From the human T2T-CHM13v2.0 reference genome, Homo sapiens, in assembly GCF_009914755.1 (NCBI RefSeq), contig NC_060930.1: a DNA stretch of 64,000 bases. One strand, given 5' to 3'. The stretch's first letter is position 1. The number at the start of each line of letters is the position of its first letter. This document shows, in pieces, positions 19,112 through 30,966 of the stretch. The position numbers and the translations under genes were made by a program. Below the pieces are notes generated by a model. It did no database searches. It saw nothing but the letters and a program-made list of their open reading frames with translations, and was not told the origin of the DNA.

Positions 19112-19268
19112 CTGGAGTGAATTCCTGTAAATCCCCTTGAAATATAAGATCAGTGATCCAGTCAAGGAATGCCGTGAGGGTGGGATGTTCTGGGTAGGAC
19201 CATGAAATGTTTTCTGTGATGCAGTGAAGGAAGAGGGTGAAACAGCAGGACGGGCAAAGACAGGACAT
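18982..19268 (-). pseudogene. Candidate retroviral accessory ORF-B (~95 aa) overlapping the env signal peptide, now fused to SU by a small indel
   Basis: MSCLCPSCCFTLFLHCITENISWSYPEHPTLTAFLDWITDLIFQGDLQEFTPDEAEFFTFTLAVYLF... in the -1 frame relative to the env ATG. Restoring the env frame near 18990 brings a TAA (18984-18982) into this frame. Confidence 0.45.
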
Positions 19269-19281
19269 TAAGGAGGGGCAA

Positions 19282-19458
19282 CTACTTGTTGGTGGCTGTT
19301 ATACCTGCTATAAGGAGGATTATGAGGCAAAAGTTTGCAGATACTGAGATTTTTTGTTTGAAATCCCACCCAGGAAGTGAGACAGTATATAGTCCTATGG
19401 CAAAGAGTAGAGTAAGTACGCTGATTCCTGCAAGGGCAGCGTAATAGATGATTTCCAT
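19282..19458 (-). CDS. Candidate retroviral accessory ORF-A, 58 aa, two hydrophobic segments
   Basis: Manual translation: MEIIYYAALAGISVLTLLFAIGLYTVSLPGWDFKQKISVSANFCLIILLIAGITATNK*. Intact from ATG to TAG and lies between the pol stop and the env start. No expression evidence. Confidence 0.5.
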   Translation of the reverse strand: MEIIYYAALAGISVLTLLFAIGLYTVSLPGWDFKQKISVSANFCLIILLIAGITATNK

Positions 19459-19511
19459 TAATAAGGGTTTGGATACTTAATGGTAGGGGGTGACAACTTA
19501 TCTGTTACGGT

Positions 19512-22500
19512 TCATGGGGGAAGAGTGAGGTCTTCTGGGATGGGTGTTAGGCGGAATCAAGTTGGTCCGAGAAGAGTGCTGGAGTATTTGCAGGGAACAG
19601 CTGGTTGGTTAGTTGGTGGCGGGTCAGCTGCAGGGGCCCTTTTTAACCTGGAAAGATGGTATCAAGAGTTGTGTCCTGAAAGTTTGGCTGCGGTGGGGGT
19701 AGTGAGAAGGACTTGGAAAGGGCCTTGTCACTTTGGTTTGAGACTCGTTGGAGTAAGGGTTTTTAGAAAGACATATTCTCCAGGAAGGAGTGCCTGGTCG
19801 GTGGGGCCTTGGTGGGGTTTTGGGAGGGCCTAGTCAGCTTGTTTGCGGAGAATATGACACATGAGGGAGAGTGTTGGAAGGTGCTCTCCTAATTGAGAGT
19901 TAGGAGGGGGTCTGTTTTGTGAGAGGAAAGGGCATCCATACATTAACTCAAATGGACTGAGGAAGGAGGGGGCTTTTGGACTGGCTCCGATGCGAGCCAG
20001 TGCTATGGATAAAAGGGAGGTCCAAGGTTTTTTGACCTCAAGTGTGAGTTGGGTTAACTGAGTTTGAGAATTCCGTTTGCCCGCTCGATTTCTGCGGATG
20101 ACTGGGGCTGGTATGGGATATGGAGGCACCACTGAACACCAAGGGATGGGGACACCTGTTGGGTAATTTGGGAGATGAAACTAGGCCCATTGTCTGATTA
20201 TATGGAGAGAGGGAGACCAAATCTAGGGAAGATTTCTGATATGAGAATTTGAGAGACTTCTGCAGCTTTTTTTGAAGGGGTAGGAAATGCTTCTACCTAA
20301 CCTGAAAAAGTGTCTACGGGGGTAAGAAGATATTTAGTTTTTTTTGATGGGAGGCATGTGGGTGAAGTTTACTTGCCAGTGCTCCCTGGGAGTGTTCCTC
20401 TGAGCTGGCGTGTAGGGATGAGGAGAGGGCAAAGAGCCCCTTGGGAGGAAGTAACGAGCATATACGACAGTTTGAGGTTATGTCCTTTAGTGAGGCGAAT
20501 AGATTGGGGGACGAGAAACAAGGGCGAAGGAGTAGGTACTGCCGGCGTGCATCAATATGGAAGGATTGGTGAAGAGGTGTTAGAATTTCCTTGGTTTGCT
20601 CTTGGGGAAGAATGAGCTTTTGATCTTTTATTATCCAGTCCCCTTGAAGGGAGGTTCCTTGCTGTAGTAGCAAAGCCTTTTTGGTGGGAGGGTATCTGGG
20701 TGGGACTGCTGGGGTGACAAGGACGATGGGGGCAAGGAGAGGAGAAAGGGAGGCCGTTTTCCTGCCTCATCGGCCTTTTTATTTCCTCTTGAGATTTTAT
20801 CTGATCCTGTTTGATGTTCTCAACAGCGTATGACTCCTGCTTCAGTTGGGAGGTGTGTGGCCTGAAAGAGTTGTTAAGTAAGGGGGCCATTAGTAATGGG
20901 GGTTCTTTTGGTGATAAGGAATCCTCTCTTGCCAGATGGTAGCATGGGAATGAAGAATGTGATAGGCATACTTGGAGTCTGTGTATGTGTTGACCCGTTT
21001 GTCTTTGGAGAGGGTTAGGGCTCTGGTGAGAGCTATGAGTTCTGCATTCTGGGAGGAGGTTCCTGGGGGTAGGGTTTAGCCTCAATTACATGGTTTAAGG
21101 TAACTACTACGTACCCAGCAATTTTGGGAGAGCCGGGGGCTCCAGAAGAGGAGCCATCTATGAATAGTGGCCATCTGGGTTAGTGAGAGGCTCGAAGGAG
21201 ATGTTAGGGAAGTGTGGCTGCAGGTGATCCAGAATGTCAGTGCAAGAATGAGTAGGAGGGGAAGAGGATATGGGGAGTAGGGATGCTGGGTTGAGGGGGG
21301 TGCTTTTGGCAAGGCTGAATTTGGGATTTTCGATAAAGAGGGCATGCAGTAACTGAATTCGGGAAGGAGAGAGGGAGCTTAACGCCTGAGAGGAGAGGAG
21401 ATCCTGTAAGTTGTGAGGGCTGTGGACGGTGGTGCTTTGGCCAAATGTTACTTTCCAGAGCCAAAACGGCCGCTGCTGCTAATGCTCTAAGACAGGTTGG
21501 CCACGCTCTGACAGTGTTGTTTAATTGTTTAGAGAGGTATGCCACAGGGGCAAAGGAAGGAGGATTTCCCTTTTGTTGCCCTAAGACCCTGAGAGCTATT
21601 CCTTGGTTTTCGGTGGTATAAAAAACGAAGGGTTGGAAGATGTCAGGTAAGGACAGGGCAGGTGCAGTGACGAGAGCAGTTTGGAGTTTACAGAAACCGG
21701 GAAGTATGTTGTGTGAGGGGCTTAGGGGTTCACTGAGGGGGCCTTTGGCTGCTTCGTAGAGGGGCCGAGCCAGGAGAGCAAAGTTGGGAATCCATATTCT
21801 AAAGAAACCTGCTAGTCCTAAGAAAGAGAGAATTTCATTTTTTGAGGAAGACGGAGGCAAGGTGTTTATTAAGGTTGCTCAGGCCGGCGTCATGGCTTGG
21901 GCACCAGGGGGAGAGTTGGCCTCCTAAGTATGTTACTGTTGGGGCGGATAGTTGGGCTTTGGAGGGGGAGACCCTATATTCTTTGCTAGCAAGAAAGTTT
22001 AGAAGGGTGATGGTGTGAGTTTGAGAGTCCTCTAGGGAGGGGCTGCAAAGAAGGAGATCGTCAATGTATTAGAGAAGGTGGCTGGGGGAACAGTTTAAGG
22101 AGGTGAGGTCTTGGGCTAGAGCTTGTCCAAAGAAGTGAGGGCTGTCTCTGAAGCCTTGAGGGAGGACAGTCCATGTGAGTTGTTGTGACTGAAAAGTGTC
22201 AGAATCAGTCCAGGTGAAGGCGAAGAGGTCTTGGGAATCAGAGTGTAAGGGAATGGTGTAAGGGAATGGTGTAAGAAAGCATCCTTTAGGTCGATTGCTG
22301 TATAGTGGGTGGTGTTGGAGGGGATGAGGGTGAGAAGTGTATAGGGGTTAGGGACCACAGGGTAAATAGGGAGGACAGCCTGAATGATGGCTCAGAGGTC
22401 CTGAACGAGTCGGTATGAGCCGTCAGATTTTCTAACGGGAAGGATGGGGGTGTTATATGGAGAATGTGTTGGTCTAAGAAGACCACATGAGTAGAGCTTG

Positions 22501-23087
22501 TTTATAACAGGTTGGAGGCCCTTTTGGTGGGTTAGGGAGACGGGGTATTGGGGAATGTTAGGAAATTTGAAGGGATCCTTTAACAGGATTTTGATGGGGT
22601 TATGGTGTGCAGCTTCGGAAGGGGTGGTGGTATCCTACACCACTGGGTTAACGAGGGAGGAGGGAAGCAGGTACTAGGGAGAAGGGTCAGGGGCTGGACT
22701 AGTGGAGAGGAGCAGAAGGGACTCTGGTTGAGAGAGGCAGGAAAAAGTGATGGAAGCTTTGAATTTAGTTAAAAGGTCTTGGCCTAGAATGGGGGTGGGA
22801 CAACCAGGCATGGTAAGGAAGGAGTGTGTAAAAACAGTATTAAACTAGAAACAAGTAAGGGACTCAGTGGTGTGTGGATGTGAGATGAATCCATCAACCC
22901 CCACGACAGAGACCTGGGAGGGATGAGTGGGTCCTGAAAATTCAGGCAAAGCCAAGTAGGTGACCCCAGTATCGATTAAAAAGGAGACTGGCTTTTACCT
23001 GCTACTAGCAGAGTTACCTGCTACTAGCAGAGTTACCCTTGGCTCTGATGCAGTGATGGCAGATGGGGCCAGGGGCCCTGGGCTCCA
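19512..23087 (-). pseudogene. pol: pro-pol (protease, RT, RNase H, integrase) with many stops and frameshifts
   Basis: FLIDTG protease motif (DTG at 22965-22973); VPNPYTLL, IDLKDAF, LPQG and YIDD (22057-22068, preceded by a Q-to-stop change); LSFLGLAGFFRIWIPNFA; LSPFELMYG; integrase tail PK*QGPFQVLLTTPTAAKL...RLTPIPEDLTLPP-TGA ending at 19512. Confidence 0.93.
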
Positions 23088-24680
23088 TCAGTCTTCAGTG
23101 GCCAGGCCAAGGAGCTGCAGGAAGGTGAGTGGTTTTTCACTCTCTGCCTTGCCAGGGCTTTGAGGAGTTGGTCTGTTAGCCTGGTTGTTAAGTGGACAAT
23201 CAGACTTCCAGTGGCCAGTCTGTTGGCAGGCTGGGCAAGGAGTTTTTGGTGTCCTTGGGTGAAGACATGCCCGTGCCCAGTGACCTTCTTTGCCGCACTT
23301 AAAACAAGGACTGGGGAGGTTACTGCCATTGGGTTTTTTGTGCCCTTGGGTACTATGGCTAGGCTGACAGATAGCTGCTGCCAGAAGCTGGTATTTAGCA
23401 CGATCTCTTTGGGTCTTGTCTAATTTAATCTGCTCATCCCTGTTTATTGAAGACTTTGAAAACCAGGGTAAGGAGGTCTTATTGTGGGGTTTGGGGGCCA
23501 TCTTCAGCTGTTTTAAGTTTGCATTGTATGTCAGGAGCAGACTGAGAGATGAAATGGGTATTAAGAACAATAGTTCCTTCCTGGGAGGTGGGGTCAATGT
23601 GGGTATATATTTGGAGGGCCTCTGTAAGGCGGGAAAGAAATTCGGCAGGGTTTTTGTTGGCTCTTTGGGAGATTTCTTTGAGCTTTTCAAAATTTACAGC
23701 TTTATGGGCTGCTTTGTTAAGGCCTATGATGAGGCAAATAATCATATGGTTACAAGATGCCCGGTCGGGGTCTGTGGGTTGGTACTTCCAGGGGGGTTCC
23801 TCCTGGGGAGCTGCAGCAGCCCCTGTGGACTTAGTAGGGTCTTGCCGATGAAGATCATCTGCATGCGCCTGTGCTGCAAGCCACACTCTTTCCTTTTCTT
23901 CTGAAAGGAGAGTAGAAGAGAGGATAATGTAGAGATCATGCCAAGTAAGTTCATAAGATTGGGTGAGATATTTAAATTCTTTGATGTAAGTGTTGGGATC
24001 AGAGGAAAAGAACCCGAGACATTTTTCAATTTGGGAGAGGTCAGAGAGGGAGAAAGGAACGTGGACGCAAATGATGCCTTCGGCTGTGGCCACCTCTTGG
24101 AGGGGAAGTATGGGGGCTGGTTGTTGGGCATGCTGAGTTTGAGAGCGGGTATGACGTGGAGATGGGGATGAATCAGAGTCAGAAGCTGGGTGGTTGGAGC
24201 CGGGGGGAAAGACAGAGGGCAGGAGCATGGGGTGGAAGGTCATGATGATGGGGCGGAGGATTATTATGTTGAAGGGGCAGGGGGAAGTCGGCAGGGTCAA
24301 AGAAGAAGGAATTGTCAGAAGGAAAGGAAGCTGAGGATGAGTCTGGCCTGGAGTGGGCAAGGAGGATTTGGAAAGCAGAACAGGACTGACAAAGGGAGGG
24401 GAGGCTACAGAGGGCAAAAAAAGGCCTGAATATAAGGGATTTCAGACCACTTTCCATTCTGATGGCAAAAGTTGTCTAGGTCCCTGAGGAGGTTAAAATC
24501 GAATGTGCCATTTTCAGGCCATTGAGAGCCATCGTCCAATTTATACTGAGACCAGGCTGTGTTACAATAAAAGATGAGCCTTTTTGGCCAAATTTCAGAA
24601 TGGAGGCCAAGGGCATTAAGGTTGTGGAGGAGACATCCGAGGGGGCCCGTCTTTGAGGGAGTGGACTCAGAGGCTCCCAT
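23088..24680 (-). pseudogene. gag: gag (frameshifted): MA, proline-rich region, CA and NC with two CCHC zinc knuckles
   Basis: MGASESTP (myristoylation Gly2) and WPENGTFD at the N-terminus; VHVPFSLSDLSQ and MHR-like [18 protein letters not shown]; [14 protein letters not shown] and [14 protein letters not shown]; ends GLATED-TGA. Split across ORFs 24405-24680, 24179-24457, 23479-24417 and 23088-23690. Confidence 0.93.
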
Positions 24681-24921
24681 GGTAGAATGAGTGAGGGAGA
24701 GGTGGAGATGGGAGACTTCGCCAGAGACTAGAACGATGGGAGAACATGTCCTCTATCCCACAGTTCAAGTCGGAGAGGTGCGATAATCCCCCGTTCAGGT
24801 GTCCCTGAAAGGGAGATACTGAGGGCCTGGAGGCCAGGAGGAGGAAACCCTTGGCCTAGCACTGGGTCTTTCAGGAAAGGAGAAGCAGACAAGGGTTCCG
24901 ATGGAAGGCAGAAGTCTCCTT

Positions 24922-24931
24922 TACTCACCCC
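24922..24931 (-). promoter_or_regulatory. Probable major proviral splice donor in the leader
   Basis: Minus strand GGG|GTGAGTA between the PBS and the gag ATG. Confidence 0.6.
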
Positions 24932-25070
24932 TGAGGCGGTCTTGGTGTCGGATGTGTTTGCCAGCAATGGAGAAGAGTAGAAGATCCCATGGATCTTTGG
25001 GCAGGTTCAGGAAGGGGGAGTTCGACCGGGGGAAGGGAGGGAAAGAAAGGGAGGTCGAATTCTACCACCT

Positions 25071-25088
25071 TCCCAGGTTTCGGCACCA
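25071..25088 (-). promoter_or_regulatory. Primer binding site, tRNA-Phe
   Basis: Minus strand TGGTGCCGAAACCTGGGA, a 17/18 match to the complement of the tRNA-Phe(GAA) 3' end (TGGTGCCGAAACCCGGGA), 3 nt from the LTR end. Confidence 0.92.
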
Positions 25089-25091
25089 AGA

Positions 25092-25495
25092 TGTAAGGGA
25101 TAATTGGAAGGACAGCCGAAAAAGGAATGAGGCCAATAGACCCAAGTTCAGGCAAGCTGATTTATTGTCAGTCCTGCTGGGCTACCTCTTGACAAAAGCA
25201 GAGGAGGCAGACCCACTTACAGGCTATAGCAGGGTTTTATAGGGCATAGAACTGGGTCAGGGTGAAGGAAAAAGAAAAAGGTGGGGGGTCCTTTGTGCCA
25301 GGTGTCTGACCGCTTCCTGGAGATGTTTTTCTTGCCAGTTCTGTTATGCAAGGTAGACGTCTTAACTGCATCCTGGAACAGCTGGCCTCCAGTCAAAGAG
25401 TTACAGGCAGATTTGGGGTAGGGGATTTTACTTTTTGGCCTTTGGGGCTTAGGTCTATGGGATAGGGAAACAGTCCAGTTGGGTGGACCCTAATA
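25092..25495 (-). repeat. 5' LTR of the provirus
   Basis: Minus strand begins TATTAGGG (terminal TG mutated to TA) and ends TCCCTTACA. Contains TATAAAA and AATAAA, and is followed directly by the PBS. Confidence 0.95.
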
Positions 25496-25604
25496 ACTAT
25501 CACCCCAACTACACCAGGGACACACTTTAAGGATGAGGACTGCCTTTTATTGTTTTGTCACTTACACAGTACCTAGGACATAGCAGATGCACTGTTGAAT
25601 TAAA

Positions 25605-26076
<472 letters not shown>

Positions 26077-26087
26077 TCAGGTGGTCA

Positions 26088-26390
<303 letters not shown>

Positions 26391-26624
26391 TTAGAATGTA
26401 GAGATCTGCTTGTCCAATGATGATGCTTTACTGATGAGAAAATTAAAGCCTAGATAGAAGTGATGGCTGGTCTGACACCACATGCGGAGTCAGTAAAGAA
26501 CCAGGCCTCCAGTTCCCTGGTTTCATTCTCTTTCCATCATAGCCTGAAGCCTCTTTTGTAACAACAACAACACAATCACCACCTGATGTTTATGTACTTA
26601 TCCACTTATAAAATATATATTCTA

Positions 26625-26831
<207 letters not shown>

Positions 26832-26883
26832 CTACTAAAAATACAAATTAACCGGGTGTGGTGGCGCATGCCTGTAATCCTAG

Positions 26884-27436
<553 letters not shown>

Positions 27437-28833
27437 TGATTTTTTTACCCAGCAATATATCCTGAACACTTTTAATAGAATCCAGAGTCTACACCCTTGT
27501 TTAATGGCTGCATGATATTCCATTATAAGCACCATAATTTATATAGTTAGTTATTAGTATACATTTAAACATTTCTTGTCTTTTAATATCACAAAGGAGG
27601 CTGGGCACAGTGACTCAAGCCTATAATCCCAACACTTTGGGAGGCCAAGGTGGGCAGATCACTTGAGCCCAGGAAATCAGCCTGGGCAATATAGTGAAAC
27701 CCCGTTACAAAATAAAAAAAAAAAAAAAAAAAAAAAAAGCCAGGTATGGTGACTCGAACCTGTAGTCCCTGCTACAAGGGAAACAGGTGAGAAGATTGCT
27801 TGAGCCCCGGGAGGTCGAGGCTGCAGTGAGCCGTCATTGCACCATTGCACTCCAGCCTGGGCAACAGACTCAGTCCCTGTTTTAGAAAAATACATATCAC
27901 AAAGGATGGAAATATGTCACCAATGTATTCGAGACTCCCTCATTTATATCTCAAGCCTTCACCTCTCCCCTAGATTCTTATAGGCCCTAACTACTTGGTA
28001 TCTTCACTTTTAATATCTAATAGACATCAAAAACTTACCCAGAAGAGTAGAAGATAATTCTTTTTTTTTATTATTTTTATTTTTGAGACAGAATCTCGCT
28101 CTGTCACCCAGGCTGGAGTGCAGTGGCATGATTTCGGCTCACTGCAACCTCTGCATCCCAGGTTCAAGCAACTCTCCTACCCTCAACCTCCTGAGTTAGC
28201 TGGGACTACAGGTGCGTGCCACCGCACCCAGCTAATTTTTGTATTTTTAGTAGAGACAGGGTTTCGCCATGTTGGCCAGGCTGGTCTCGAACTCCTGACT
28301 TCAGGTAATCCACCCACCTCAGCCTCCCAAAGTGCTGAGATTACAGGTGTGAGTCACTGCACTTGGCCCAGAAGAGAATTCTTGTCTATCCCCATCAAAT
28401 CTTTCCTTTCTTAATATCCCTCTTTTCAATTAATGGCACCTCCATCCATCCAGTAATACAGACTAAAATATTAATATTAGCAGTCATTATTATTGCCTAT
28501 CTTTTCCTCTACTCACATATCCAATTTCTCATTGGCTTCACAGTATGTCCTAAATTCCCCTACTTTCTCTGATCTGCACTGCTCTCTCCCTAGGCTAAGC
28601 TCTTCCCATGCTTCCCCTGGTCTACTGCTATCATCTCCTGGCTGGTTTGTTTCTCTGCTTCTGCTTTTAACCCTGCAGGTCCATTCACTACCAAGTAGCT
28701 AGAGTGCTCTGTTGCTTCTTTATCGTATGTACACAAGTGTATCCAATGTATAAATTCTAGGTTAAGAAATTATAAAAACAAACACCAAACACCCATCATC
28801 CAGTTTAGCAAAGAGACTATCACCAATACATAA

Positions 28834-29049
<216 letters not shown>

Positions 29050-29479
29050 TGAACTCCTGACCTTGTGATCCACCCGACTTGGCCTCCCAAAGTGCTGGGA
29101 TTACAGGCGTGAGCCACTGTGCCTGGTCACCAATACATAATCTTGAAGCTCCCCTACCCCTTCACGAATGCCCTTCTTCAATCATATACCTGCCCTCCCC
29201 ACAAAGGTAGCCACTTTATTGACTTTTATGCTCCTAACTCACTGTGTTTTTTACTGTTTTTACCACCTGTGTAATTTTCCCTACAACAGTAAAGTAACTA
29301 ATCCTTAGTAAGATTTCTGGTTCTCAGCTCCTTCTGGACATCCACAAATTTGCTATTAGGCATAATCATCTGAATTAAGTAATGAAATGTAAGGAGAAGT
29401 GACACATATGAAAATGTAGGCTGGGCATGGTGGCTCACACCTGTAATCCCAACACTTTGGGAGGCCGAGGTGGGAGAAT

Positions 29480-29944
29480 TGTTACTGAAACATCAGAAGT
29501 TTGGTCTGGGTCCTGCTGTTGGCTGCACAGTAAGGCAGTCACTGAGATGACGAATATTGCCAAGGAAGAAGGCTTTAATCAGGTGCAGCAGAGGCGATGG
29601 GCGCTCATCTCAAATCCACCTCCCTTAGCTACTAAAACTAGGGATTTACATAGCAGGGAAGAAATGTAACAATGTATAAGAAAACAGGAACTAGGGAGAG
29701 GCAAGGAAGCAATCATGATGAATGAGGGGTCTGGCATCTCATTGTCTGGATGTGGTCGTCTGGTGAGTTTCAGTTCTATACTTTTTGGAGAGGCCTGAAG
29801 GTCCTTTCCTGAGGAAGGAACTCAGATAAAACAAATGTAAGCTTCAAGCTTTAAGACCAGAGTCAATATCTATCTTTGTCCAAAAAACAAACAAAAAACA
29901 AAAACAAACAAAAAAACTGTTTTGGGACTATTGGGTCGGTTTCA
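29480..29944 (-). mobile_element. Solo LTR (LTR47-like, tentative) inserted inside an AluJ-like element
   Basis: Minus strand TGAAACCGACCC...CAGTAACA, 465 bp, TSD GAAT (29476-29479 and 29945-29948). The Alu left arm resumes exactly after it. Confidence 0.8.
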
Positions 29945-30687
29945 GAATCACTTGAGGCCAAGAGTTAAAGACCAGCCTGGGCAACATAGCAATACCCTCT
30001 CTCTACAAAAAAAGACAAAAAAAAAAAAAAAATCAGTGGTGGTGTTTGTTTGCCTGTAATCCCAGCTACTGAGGAGGCTGAGGCAGGAGGATCACCTGAG
30101 CTCAGGAGATTGAGGCTGCAGTGAGCTGTGATTGTGCCACTGCACTACAGCCTGGGACACAAGAGCTAGACTCTGTCTCAAAAACAGAAAATAAAAATAA
30201 AATGTAATGATTTTAAATTAAGTCTTGAATATAGTTTCATAAAGTATATTATTCTAAATTTACAATTGAGCTTTTCTAAAAACATTCATGATACTTTTCT
30301 TTTTTCTTTTTTTTTTGAGACGGAGTCTTGCTCTGTTGTCCAGGCTGGAGTGCGGTGGCACAATCTCAGCTCACTGCAAGCTCCGCCTCCTGGGTTCACG
30401 CCATTCTCCTGCCTCAGCCTCCTGATTAACTGGGACTGCAGGAGCGCACCACCACACCCGGCTAATCTTTTGTGTTTTTAGTAGAGACGGGGTTTCATCC
30501 TGTTAGCCAGGATGGTCTCGATCTCCTGACCTCGTGATCTGCCCGCCTCCGCATCCCAAAGTGCTGGGATTGCAGGCTTGAGCCACCGCACCTGGCCACA
30601 TTCAAGATACTTTTCTCTTGTCTCCTGGCTTCTAATGTTGCAGTGAAGAAGTCAGCTACAAATCTAATTGCCGTTTCTTTATGGTGA

Positions 30688-30966
<279 letters not shown>

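Larger units (their letters stand above)
17001..25495 (-). mobile_element. Full-length class I (gamma-like) endogenous retrovirus, HERV-F/H lineage (probably HERVH48/MER48, HERV-Fb-like), coding-defective
   Basis: Two ~405-bp direct repeats, 5-bp TSD ACTAT (16996-17000 and 25496-25500), Phe PBS, PPT, and gag-pro-pol-env homology in order on the minus strand. The subfamily name is inferred from PBS type and LTR length, not from a database search. Confidence 0.95.

Noticed and set aside
19512-19832. APOBEC3 hypermutation as the cause of Trp-to-stop changes in integrase
   Set aside because: The TGA stops examined are followed by C or T (not GG/GA context) or are CGA>TGA CpG decay; no clear hypermutation signature by eye.
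23416-23904. 162-aa plus-strand ORF (and 19480-19833, 24901-25242) as antisense retroviral genes
   Set aside because: Shadow frames opposite gag, pol or the leader, with no motifs; several lack an ATG start.
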